Source: Candidatus Latescibacterota bacterium | GTDB lineage: Bacteria; Latescibacterota; CBDEFO01 | Direction: 5' to 3' | DNA length: 64,000 nt | Assembly: GCA_965248755.1 (NCBI GenBank) | Contig: OZ252149.1 | Span: 2,720,001 to 2,784,000, forward strand | Part shown: positions 19,374 through 27,772 of the stretch, piece by piece | Layout: each line of letters begins with the position of its first letter | Position numbering within the stretch: position 1 is the first letter of the stretch | The notes under the pieces: generated by a model | The model's input: the letters and a program-made list of their open reading frames with translations, nothing else | Told to the model about the DNA's origin: nothing | Database searches by the model: none | Made by a program: the position numbers and the translations under genes

Positions 19374-19796
19374 ATGGCTATAAAACGGAAGGAAAGCAAG
19401 GCTGAAGAACTTAATCTGACTCCTATGTTAGATGTGATCTTTCAGCTTCTGATCTTTTTCATGGTGACAGCAGTGTTCGCTATAACTCCTGGATTGGACA
19501 TCAAACTGCCGGAGTCCGAGGAGGCCGAAGCGCCCGAAAAGGAGAACCTCTTCATAGTTATAGATGAAGAAGGTGATATGAAGCTGAACCACAAGACGGT
19601 GACTTTTGCCAATTTAAAGGAGGTACTAGGTACCAAGCGCGTACAGTTGGATGATACAACTATGCTGATCATCCAGGGGGATGAAAAGTCATTTCATGGC
19701 CAGGTGGTCAAGGTTATGGACATCGCCAGACAGGTGGGCATAATAGACCTGGTGATAGCGACCGAGCCCCAGAAGAGAATACCGGAGAAAGAGTAG
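19374..19796 (+). CDS. ExbD/TolR family protein
   Basis: LNLTPMLDVIFQLLIFFMV with the conserved TM Asp; GGAGG RBS before ATG 19374. Confidence 0.93.
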   Translation: MAIKRKESKAEELNLTPMLDVIFQLLIFFMVTAVFAITPGLDIKLPESEEAEAPEKENLFIVIDEEGDMKLNHKTVTFANLKEVLGTKRVQLDDTTMLIIQGDEKSFHGQVVKVMDIARQVGIIDLVIATEPQKRIPEKE

Positions 19797-19848
19797 AGAA
19801 TGATTTGTAATCGTCCTTATTGTAGTTTGAAAGGGGGGTAGTGCCACA

Positions 19849-21021
19849 TTGTTTGGTAGACACAGAAAGCTTATAGTATCCTATATAATAGCTGGACTTT
19901 TGCACGTCGCGGCGTTTTATGTCTCATCGGAGTATGAGGGCATCGGTGAGGAAGAAGAGGCCTTCAGGATCAGGTTCATTGCGCCGCCTCCGATTCTGAA
20001 AAAGAGCTTCGAACTTGTCAAGAGACCGGAGATTTCAGAGGTTCAAATGCAGATGCTCCAGACCTTCGCCGAGCCTCAAGCCCCTACGGATATAGCCAGG
20101 GTCAGGGATGTGGCTGGCTTTGGGACTGATCTTTTGAGGGGTGTAGCTCCTTCGATGGCTGCCTTTGGGACGTTTTCCGGAGTCAAAGCGGAAAAATTGG
20201 AACTGGAGCAGGTGGAATTAGTCGCCCTTACCGAAATGGCTACATCAGTTCAGGAAGCGGCCAGCATTAAAGATGAGCTTTTAACGTTGGGAGGTCTGGA
20301 TACGGGAAGGTATAATGCGACCATAATTCTTCCGGATCCTACTGACAAAAGGTCCGTAACAGGATACTTCAACATGACCGTGGTTAAGTACCACCAAATG
20401 AATTTTAACACAGACAGGTTTCCTACCGCGGTGGATGAGTTAATGAGGTATATAAGAGATTACACCAAGATTAACGCTAAGGTGGAAGGAGTTACAATTC
20501 AGCTGTCAGATCGGAGATTGTTCAAAGCTCCTTTTATATATATGACGGGCTCAGACGTGGTGATGCTGCTTTCAGAGACGGAGATAAAGAACTTAGGGGA
20601 ATATCTAAGAAACGGGGGGTTCCTCTTTGCAGATGATATTGTAAAGGGTGCTAACCCTGCTGGTGGTAGAATAGGGACTCCCTTCGACCAACAGATGAAG
20701 AAGGCGCTAAAGGATGCTCTGGGCGCCGACGCTAAGTTTCAAAAGATTCCTAACGATCACCCACTTTACATTGATAACTTTTACGATTTCCCGGACGGTC
20801 CTCCGCTCGGTGGAGCGTCCAATGGGAATGTGTTCAATTTAGAGGGGATATGGCTTAGAGGGAGGTTAGCAGTAGTCTTCAGCGATCTTAATATCAGTTG
20901 GTACTGGGGAGATCCGGATGCGAACGCCAAAGAAAGGGGGCTTCAGTTCGGAGTTAATCTTATAGTCTATGCTCTGACCCAGCCCGGCGGACTGGCTAAC
21001 GTTAGCCAATTCACGCGGTAG
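19849..21021 (+). CDS. Membrane-anchored DUF4159-domain protein
   Basis: N-terminal TM (IAGLLHV); C-terminal PFIYMTG...LGEYLRNGGFLFADD...HPLY...GVNLIVYALT typical of DUF4159. Confidence 0.8.
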   Translation: MFGRHRKLIVSYIIAGLLHVAAFYVSSEYEGIGEEEEAFRIRFIAPPPILKKSFELVKRPEISEVQMQMLQTFAEPQAPTDIARVRDVAGFGTDLLRGVAPSMAAFGTFSGVKAEKLELEQVELVALTEMATSVQEAASIKDELLTLGGLDTGRYNATIILPDPTDKRSVTGYFNMTVVKYHQMNFNTDRFPTAVDELMRYIRDYTKINAKVEGVTIQLSDRRLFKAPFIYMTGSDVVMLLSETEIKNLGEYLRNGGFLFADDIVKGANPAGGRIGTPFDQQMKKALKDALGADAKFQKIPNDHPLYIDNFYDFPDGPPLGGASNGNVFNLEGIWLRGRLAVVFSDLNISWYWGDPDANAKERGLQFGVNLIVYALTQPGGLANVSQFTR

Positions 21022-21047
21022 AAAAGAGCAGAAAGGGGTAGATTGCT

Positions 21048-22010
21048 ATGTTTAGATTTTTTGGGATAGTCATTGTGGTAGCATTATGTTTGGGGTATGG
21101 GTCTGGTCAGGTGTACGGTTTTTTAGATGCTGGGACACAGGCCAGGTCTATGGCGATGGGAGGTAGTTTTGTGGCGGTGGCAGACGATCAGGATGCGATT
21201 TTTTTGAATCCGTCGGGTCTTGATCAGATAGAAGGTAAGGTCGTTTCGTATACGAATGTGAGTTTACTTTTGACGGGGGTTGAGGGAGATGATTTGGGTC
21301 AGCACATACTGACTTACGTTCAGCCTCTTGGTGGTAGTGGGGGTACATTGGGTTTTGGGTATCAGCGGGTGGGGAGTGACAATTTTAATGAGAATGGATT
21401 TACGGCAAGTTGGGGGAAGGAGTTTGGCAGGGGTATTAGCCTTGGTTTGGGGTTGAGTTATTTGTGGTGGAGTGTTGGGGACATACCGCCTGATGAAGGT
21501 AGGGCTGATCCGTTGTCTGGGGAGAGCAGTGGTAATATGGGAGTAGATGTAGGGGGTTTATGGAGGAGTCCTTGGGATTTTAGTTTGGGGTTATTTTTGA
21601 AGGGCATAAATAAACCGGATATATCCTGGGGAGAGGGGGCAGTAACAAAGGAAGATGGCACTATAGAGGTACAGGATGGTGCAGGCAAGTTGCCGTTTGA
21701 CATACATTTTGGTGGTAGTTATCGTCTTGAGAGGGGTTTATTGAGTGTAGATTATGTAGTAATGGATGTAGGTGGGGAGGGAGATACCGACACGAGGTTA
21801 TTTTTTGGGGGTGAGGCAGAGTTGGTAGAGGGGTTTAGTCTGCGTGCGGGAGGCAATAGGATATTTGAGGAGGGGAGCAAGGGTGGAGGCAATGTGGGGT
21901 TGGGATATGAGTTTGCCAATGGGTTAGATTTTGATTATAGTTACAATATTCCTTTAGATGCGGTGGAGACTGAAGGCAGTCACCGATTCAGCTTCGGATA
22001 TAAATTCTAG
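21048..22010 (+). CDS. Outer-membrane beta-barrel, PorV/UPF0164-like (copy 2)
   Basis: Paralog of 14397-15338 with a different signal peptide and a 7-aa-longer internal loop. Confidence 0.82.
   Translation: MFRFFGIVIVVALCLGYGSGQVYGFLDAGTQARSMAMGGSFVAVADDQDAIFLNPSGLDQIEGKVVSYTNVSLLLTGVEGDDLGQHILTYVQPLGGSGGTLGFGYQRVGSDNFNENGFTASWGKEFGRGISLGLGLSYLWWSVGDIPPDEGRADPLSGESSGNMGVDVGGLWRSPWDFSLGLFLKGINKPDISWGEGAVTKEDGTIEVQDGAGKLPFDIHFGGSYRLERGLLSVDYVVMDVGGEGDTDTRLFFGGEAELVEGFSLRAGGNRIFEEGSKGGGNVGLGYEFANGLDFDYSYNIPLDAVETEGSHRFSFGYKF
21104..22010 (+). repeat. Long direct repeat, copy 2
   Basis: Matches 14453-15338 apart from scattered substitutions and the 21627-21683 segment. Confidence 0.95.
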
Positions 22011-22044
22011 TATCCTATCTAATAGGCACGGGATACAGATAGAT

Positions 22045-22078
22045 GCCCCCGGGGAATTGGAGTCCTCGGGGGTTTTTT
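22045..22078 (+). terminator. Rho-independent terminator closing the envelope operon
   Basis: CCCCCGGGGA-loop-TCCTCGGGGG followed by TTTTTT. Confidence 0.85.
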
Positions 22079-22156
22079 GCTTCCTCTCATTACTAGTTAC
22101 AGCGCCCTTTAAGTTCATTGTAAACTGTGACCGCATTTAAAGGGGAAATTTCAGCC

Positions 22157-22185
22157 TTGACAGGAGAAGAACATTGTATTATATT
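22157..22185 (+). promoter_or_regulatory. sigma70 promoter of arg operon
   Basis: TTGACA, 17-nt spacer, TATATT. Confidence 0.75.
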
Positions 22186-22189
22186 TAAG

Positions 22190-22224
22190 TAAATAATTAT
22201 TTATCCTATATAATAATTATTATA
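22190..22224. promoter_or_regulatory. Tandem ARG-box-like operators
   Basis: Palindromes TAAATAATTATTTA (22190-22203) and TATAATAATTATTATA (22209-22224), centres 20 bp apart, just upstream of argR. Confidence 0.65.
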
Positions 22225-22247
22225 AACGTAAAAGCTGGCGAGGCTAC

Positions 22248-22712
22248 ATGGGCGGCAAACACATCAGACAAAGACAGGTCATTGAACTTGTGCAGAAAGG
22301 GGAGATGAGGACGCAGGGGCAGATCGTGTCTGCGGTAAGGGAATGCGGCTGCAAGGTTAGTCAGTCCACACTTTCCAAAGATATAAAGGAGTTGGGATTA
22401 GTCAAGGTACCTACGGTAGATGGAAAATTTCGATACAGTCTACCGGAAGAGAGCACTCCTTTCCCCAAACGGCAAAAGATTTTGGAAAGAGAGATGATGG
22501 ACTCCCTTGTGGATTTCGACAATGCCAAGAATATGCTTGTTCTCAAGACCACCCCAGGAAATGCTTCAGGACTTGCGGCGGCCATAGATAAGATGGATTG
22601 GCATGAAGTTGTGGGAACACTTGCCGGCGACGATGTTATACTGATCATCTCCAAAACTGCGGATCAGACCCAGAGAATAATGGATCGAATACGTGAAATT
22701 ATCCACCGTTAG
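22248..22712 (+). CDS. argR: Arginine repressor
   Basis: TQ..IV, SQSTLSKDIKELGLVKV, KTTPGNA, GTLAGDD. Confidence 0.95.
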   Translation: MGGKHIRQRQVIELVQKGEMRTQGQIVSAVRECGCKVSQSTLSKDIKELGLVKVPTVDGKFRYSLPEESTPFPKRQKILEREMMDSLVDFDNAKNMLVLKTTPGNASGLAAAIDKMDWHEVVGTLAGDDVILIISKTADQTQRIMDRIREIIHR

Positions 22713-22720
22713 AGGTAAAA

Positions 22721-23779
22721 ATGATTAGGTTAGGAATTGTCGGGGCGACAGGATATACAGGGGTAGAACTCTTCAAAATAACCTCCAGACACCCTGAAGC
22801 AGAAGTTGTATTTGTAGCATCTTCAGAAGAGACCTCGGGGAACTTGCTGTCGGAGGTATATCCGGGCGTAAAGGGATCCATCGAAATGGAACTTCTGTCT
22901 TTAGAAGATGCCCTCAGAAGGGATGTGGACGTAGTTTTTCTATGTCTTCCGGCGGGTAAATCTATGTCCGCTGCTCCGTCGTTCTTGGACTCTGGCGTCA
23001 AGGTAGTGGATATCGGAACTGACTTCAGGATGAGGACGCCCGAAGGACACTTGCGATGGTACGATTTCGACCATACCGCACCCCATCTGCTGCCCAAGAC
23101 GATCTGGGGACTGCCAGAGATAAATCGAGAAGCTATCCGGGGGGCCTCGTTAGTGTCGAACCCCGGCTGTTATCCGACTGCAGCACTTCTGGCTTTGGCT
23201 CCCCTTCTGGAAAGAGACCTGATCTGTACAGAGGGCATAATCATAGACTCCAAGTCCGGAATCTCCGGTGCAGGCAGGAAGCTCTCCTTAAGGACGCACT
23301 TTATCGAAGTCAACGAGAACGTAGCTCCCTACAATATCGGGCGCTCTCACAGACACACCGGAGAGATCGAGCAGGAGTTAAGCAAAATAGCAGGAAAAGA
23401 ATGCAAAGTTGTCTTCACTCCTCAGACGGTTCCTATGGACAGGGGGATCCTGTCAAATGTCTATGTGAGACTTAAAGAGGATATATCGACCCAGGATGCA
23501 ACGCAAATATATAAGGAAAGATATGCGGACGAGCCGTTCATAAGGATTGCAGAGGATTACCTGCCGCAGACCAAGTTCACGTCTTACACCAACTATTGTG
23601 ATATAACTGTCCATAAAGTTGAGGAGACCCACGTGCTGCTCATAATCTCCGCTTTGGATAACCTGATAAAGGGAGCGGCTGGACAAGCTGTGCAGAACAT
23701 GAACATAATGTTCGACACAGAAGAAACTTTAGGATTGTTTGAAAGTTCTCCACTTGCAGCATCTGAGGTCCCAGGATAG
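22721..23779 (+). CDS. argC: N-acetyl-gamma-glutamyl-phosphate reductase
   Basis: GATGYTG, NPGCYPT, SGISGAGR, DNLIKGAAGQAVQNMN. Confidence 0.96.
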   Translation: MIRLGIVGATGYTGVELFKITSRHPEAEVVFVASSEETSGNLLSEVYPGVKGSIEMELLSLEDALRRDVDVVFLCLPAGKSMSAAPSFLDSGVKVVDIGTDFRMRTPEGHLRWYDFDHTAPHLLPKTIWGLPEINREAIRGASLVSNPGCYPTAALLALAPLLERDLICTEGIIIDSKSGISGAGRKLSLRTHFIEVNENVAPYNIGRSHRHTGEIEQELSKIAGKECKVVFTPQTVPMDRGILSNVYVRLKEDISTQDATQIYKERYADEPFIRIAEDYLPQTKFTSYTNYCDITVHKVEETHVLLIISALDNLIKGAAGQAVQNMNIMFDTEETLGLFESSPLAASEVPG

Positions 23780-24672
23780 TGATCGAAGGACTGATAAAAA
23801 AAGCAGATGTACTTATTGAAGCACTGCCCTATATCCGGGCGTTCAGAGACAAGATCGTAGTCATCAAATATGGAGGCAGTGTTGTAACTTCCGAGGGAGA
23901 GGTGGACACTGTCCTTGAAGATGTAGTCTTTATGGAGACTGTGGGGATGAAGCCCGTAATCGTACACGGGGGCTCTAAGGCCATAAGCCGCAGGATGGTT
24001 GAAGCTGGCATTGAACCCAGGTTCGTAAACGGTCTGCGAGTGACAGACAAAGCGACAATGCAGATAGCCGAAAGGACGCTCTTTGAGGAGGTAAATAGCC
24101 AGATCGTAAACTCAATAGAGGAGATTGGAGGGCGCGCCATGGGCATATCGGCAAAAGCTGAGGGTATACTGAAAGTGAGGAAATACCTTGCGCCCCTTAA
24201 GGATAGGGATTCGGGAGAAGTCAAAATGGTGGATATCGGCTATGTGGGTTATGTGGAGTCGGTGGACCCTGAGCCTATAAAGTCCCTATGTGAGCAAGGT
24301 GTGGTCCCGGTGATCGCTCCCATAGGTTTGGGTCCGGGTGGGAAGAGTTACAACGTAAATGCTGACACTGCAGCAGGGCAGATTGCGGTTGCTTTGAAGG
24401 CTGAAAAGCTGCTCTTTTTGACAGACGTAATGGGAATTATGAGGGACTCCGACGATGACGGGTCTCTCCTTTCGACCCTGCATGCAGATGCTGTAGATGA
24501 GTTAATAGAAAAGGGCGTTATAAGCGGTGGAATGCTGCCCAAGATAGAATCGTGCCTAAAAGCGGTAAAATCGGGCACGGGCAAGACCCACATAATTGAT
24601 GGCAGAGTGGCTCACTCTCTGCTTTTGGAGATATTTACCGATAGGGGGATAGGGACACAGATTATCGGGTAG
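23779..24672 (+). CDS. argB: Acetylglutamate kinase
   Basis: EALPYI, KYGG, VHGG, YNVNAD, GGMLPK, LLLEIFT..GIGT. Confidence 0.96.
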   Translation: MIEGLIKKADVLIEALPYIRAFRDKIVVIKYGGSVVTSEGEVDTVLEDVVFMETVGMKPVIVHGGSKAISRRMVEAGIEPRFVNGLRVTDKATMQIAERTLFEEVNSQIVNSIEEIGGRAMGISAKAEGILKVRKYLAPLKDRDSGEVKMVDIGYVGYVESVDPEPIKSLCEQGVVPVIAPIGLGPGGKSYNVNADTAAGQIAVALKAEKLLFLTDVMGIMRDSDDDGSLLSTLHADAVDELIEKGVISGGMLPKIESCLKAVKSGTGKTHIIDGRVAHSLLLEIFTDRGIGTQIIG

Positions 24673-24825
24673 GTGACATTGCGAAGCCTCTTTCTCCAAC
24701 AGGATAGTTTAAGATCTCTGTCCTGCTGCCAGCCACGTTATCAACGGACTTTCTAGTACAGCGCCAAACTTGGTGGGTCAGACAATCCTCTCTCAAGCAA
24801 ACTCAACTGTAAAAAGGAAAACGAT

Positions 24826-26046
24826 ATGCAGACTCTAAAGGCAGAAGAGATTGTAGAACTGGACAGCAAATACATAGTCCAGACCTACGGACGTCCGCCC
24901 TTCGTGCTGGAACGAGGAAACGGGGTCCATCTTTTTGACACCGACGGAGTTCGCTATTTGGACTTTATGAGCGGACTTTCGGTGAATGCGTTCGGGTACG
25001 GAGACTTCGATATCACAGAGGTGATAAAAGAGCAGTCGGCCAAGCTGATACACTGTTGTAATCTCTATCACAGCGTGCACGGTCCGATTCTGGCTCGTAT
25101 GCTGGTCGATAACTCCTTTGCAGATAGAGTCTTTTACTGCAATAGCGGCACTGAGTCCATAGAGGCGTCTCTCAAGTTCGCAAGGAGATGGGGTCACGAA
25201 AACTTCGATAAGCCCAAATACCGCATAATGTCCTTCGAGAACTCTTTCCACGGCAGAACCTACGGTGGATTGACCGCTACGGGGCAGTTCAGATATCACA
25301 AGGGTTTCGATCCCCTGTTGCCTGGAATTGACTTTGCCAGGCTTAACGATCTAGGCTCTGTGGAGGAGAAGGTTTCAGATGAGACGTGTGCTATCCTGAT
25401 CGAGCCTATCCTTCAAATCGAAGGAGGTTTACACAAATCCTCACAGGAGTTTATAGAGGGCCTGAGAAAAATCTGTGATGATAACGATATGTTGTTAATA
25501 TTCGACGAAGTTCAGTCCGGGCTCGCAAGGACGGGGTTGCTCTTCGGATATGAGCACTACGGGGTCGAACCCGATATTATGACCTTAGCCAAGCCCCTGG
25601 CAGGTGGACTGCCTATGGGGGCAACTCTTGTAAGAGAGAAGGTCGCCAAGCACATACATCCTGGAGATCACGCCGCCACCTTCGGAGGAAATCCACTAGT
25701 CTCTGCTGTGGCGATTCGGGTCTTTAGGAAGCTTACCTCTGAGGGCTTTTTAGACTCAGTCAGACAAAAAGGGGAATATCTGCACACGAGATTAAATAGG
25801 CTCAAGGACAAGTGGCCCCAAATGATAAAGGAGATAAGGGGAATAGGACTCATCGCCGGAGCCGTGACAGAATGTGAAGCCAAGCTCATAGCAGATGCCT
25901 TCCAGAAGAGAAATATTCTGCTCTGCACAGCTGGCCCAGATGTGGTAAGATTCCTTCCGCCTCTTGTTGTAGAAAAGGAACATATAGGCGAAGCTGTGGA
26001 TGTCTTCGATGAGATTCTGACGCAGGGCGTGGAAAAAGAACAGTAG
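24826..26046 (+). CDS. argD: Acetylornithine aminotransferase
   Basis: NSGTES.E, SFHGRT, FDEVQSG, AKPLAGG, TFGGNP; located in the arg operon. Confidence 0.93.
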   Translation: MQTLKAEEIVELDSKYIVQTYGRPPFVLERGNGVHLFDTDGVRYLDFMSGLSVNAFGYGDFDITEVIKEQSAKLIHCCNLYHSVHGPILARMLVDNSFADRVFYCNSGTESIEASLKFARRWGHENFDKPKYRIMSFENSFHGRTYGGLTATGQFRYHKGFDPLLPGIDFARLNDLGSVEEKVSDETCAILIEPILQIEGGLHKSSQEFIEGLRKICDDNDMLLIFDEVQSGLARTGLLFGYEHYGVEPDIMTLAKPLAGGLPMGATLVREKVAKHIHPGDHAATFGGNPLVSAVAIRVFRKLTSEGFLDSVRQKGEYLHTRLNRLKDKWPQMIKEIRGIGLIAGAVTECEAKLIADAFQKRNILLCTAGPDVVRFLPPLVVEKEHIGEAVDVFDEILTQGVEKEQ

Positions 26047-26168
26047 AGAGCAAAGAGTAGACAGGGAGATTGCTTCGGGGTTTCACCCCTCGCAATGACG
26101 TTGCTTGACTTTTGTCTTCAGCCATTGCGACCCCCGATTGAATCTATCGGGGGCAGCGAAGCAATCTC
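26041..26168. repeat. Heptamer repeat plus REP-like inverted doublet with internal CCCCCGATTGAATCTATCGGGGG
   Basis: CAGTAGAGAGCAAAGAGTAGACAGGG, then GAGATTGCTTC...CTCGCAATGAC and GCCATTGCGA...GAAGCAATCTC. Confidence 0.8.
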
Positions 26169-26217
26169 GCAAACAGGAAGAACTTGCATAGTGGAGAACT
26201 TTTTGAGGGGAAAAAAG

Positions 26218-27513
26218 ATGTCTGAAAAGGTAGTATTGGCCTATTCTGGAGGGCTCGATACGTCTGTATCGGTAAAGTGGTTACAGGATAAATACGATAT
26301 GGACGTGATAACTCTGACGGTTGATATGGGTCAAAAGATAGACCTGAACGCAGCAAGGGATAGGGCGTTAGCCGTGGGCGCGATCAAAGCTGTCATAGCA
26401 GATGCTAAGAAGATGTTCACAGAGTATTTTGTGTTCCCTGCGCTTCAGGCTGGAGCCATATATGAGGGAGAATATCCATTAGCGACAGCTCTCGGCAGGC
26501 CTCTAATAGCCAAGCTTCTGGTGGATGTAGCAAAAGAGGAGGGAGCCTCAGCTGTGGCTCACGGCTCCACAGGCAAGGGGAACGACCAAGTGAGATTTGA
26601 CGTATCGGTGAACACGCTCGCACCCGATCTCAGGATCATAGCTCCAGTCAGGGAGTGGAAGATGACCAGGGATGAGGAGATAAAGTACGCCAAGGAACAT
26701 AATATTGCTGTCCCTGTGACAGGCGAGAGCTCCTACAGCACTGACGAGAATCTCTGGGGGAGGAGCATCGAAGCCGGAGTTTTGGAAGACCCGTGGGTAG
26801 AGCCTCCGAAAGACGTCTATAAGTGGACCAAGGACGCCCACGAAGCTCCTGATGCTCCTATCTATATCCAGATCGCATTTGAAAGGGGTATACCTGTCTC
26901 CCTGGACGGAGAGAAGAAGAACGGTGTAGACCTAATATCCAGATTGAACCGATTAGCAGGGGAGCATGGAGTGGGAAGGATAGATCATCTGGAGAACAGA
27001 CTTGTGGGGATAAAGTCGAGAGAGATCTACGAGGCTCCTGCCGCTGTGGTTCTCCACAGGGCGCATAGGGCCTTAGAGGATATGACGCTCTCAAAGGACG
27101 CAGCACGCTTTAAAGAATTCGTTTCGAAGGAATATTCAGATTTGATCTACAACGGTCTGTGGTTCTCCGCCCTGCACCAGGACTTGAGAGCATTTGTGGT
27201 GAGCAATCAAAGATATGTGACTGGGGCTGTCAAGTTAAAGCTCTTCAAGGGAAACGTGCAGGTGGTTGGCAGAGAATCCCCGATGTCGCTCTACAGCAGG
27301 TCCCTTGCGACCTACGATACGGGGGACATTTACGATCATGACGCCGCTGTAGGCTTCATCAAGGTGCATGGTCTTTCCCAGGTCACGCAGGCTCAGATTC
27401 AACTCTTGAGTCAGCCATCACCTCCCGGGGAACTTCCATCTATCACGCCGCCTGAGATTGAGAAAGAAGCTTTCGACGCCACAGATCAGGAGAACCAGAT
27501 AGGTAGAAAGTAG
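26218..27513 (+). CDS. argG: Argininosuccinate synthase
   Basis: LAYSGGLDTS, HGSTGKGNDQVRF, ENRLVGIKSREIYE; ATG 26218 after GAGGGG. Confidence 0.97.
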   Translation: MSEKVVLAYSGGLDTSVSVKWLQDKYDMDVITLTVDMGQKIDLNAARDRALAVGAIKAVIADAKKMFTEYFVFPALQAGAIYEGEYPLATALGRPLIAKLLVDVAKEEGASAVAHGSTGKGNDQVRFDVSVNTLAPDLRIIAPVREWKMTRDEEIKYAKEHNIAVPVTGESSYSTDENLWGRSIEAGVLEDPWVEPPKDVYKWTKDAHEAPDAPIYIQIAFERGIPVSLDGEKKNGVDLISRLNRLAGEHGVGRIDHLENRLVGIKSREIYEAPAAVVLHRAHRALEDMTLSKDAARFKEFVSKEYSDLIYNGLWFSALHQDLRAFVVSNQRYVTGAVKLKLFKGNVQVVGRESPMSLYSRSLATYDTGDIYDHDAAVGFIKVHGLSQVTQAQIQLLSQPSPPGELPSITPPEIEKEAFDATDQENQIGRK

Positions 27514-27600
27514 CCCCCGATTCCCGATCCCCAATTGATGCTATTGGGGACTCAATCGGGGATTAGATATGGCGTAGACAGGGGCAGCGCCTCCCATCCC
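27514..27600. repeat. Nested palindrome followed by a GTAGACAGGG-family motif
   Basis: CCCCGATT...[TCCCCAAT TGATGCT ATTGGGGA]...AATCGGGG; GTAGACAGGGGCAGCGCCTCCCATCCC at 27574. Confidence 0.75.
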
Positions 27601-27772
27601 TCCTTGCCGTCAACTATTTGATCCCTATAATCTTGTCCAGATTTGAACGAGGAGCTTTGCCTCATCTCTTTCTACGTTGACCTCATAACTTTTTTTGACT
27701 TGTGATCCGGGCCTGCTGATAGATTGTCCGTCTGTGAGCTGCAGTCGCATGAGATTTTTGACCAAGCGCTTG

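Noticed and set aside
14453..22010. Diversity-generating retroelement (TR/VR pair) explaining the two barrel copies
   Set aside because: Differences are not adenine-specific (many G/T, C/T and T/G changes), both copies are full genes, and no reverse transcriptase is in the window.
26095..26217. N-terminal extension of ArgG, and similar ORF-track extensions at 13362, 41686, 43229, 51559 and 53259
   Set aside because: The extensions run through repeats, promoters or adjacent genes; better RBS-supported starts coincide with family N-termini.
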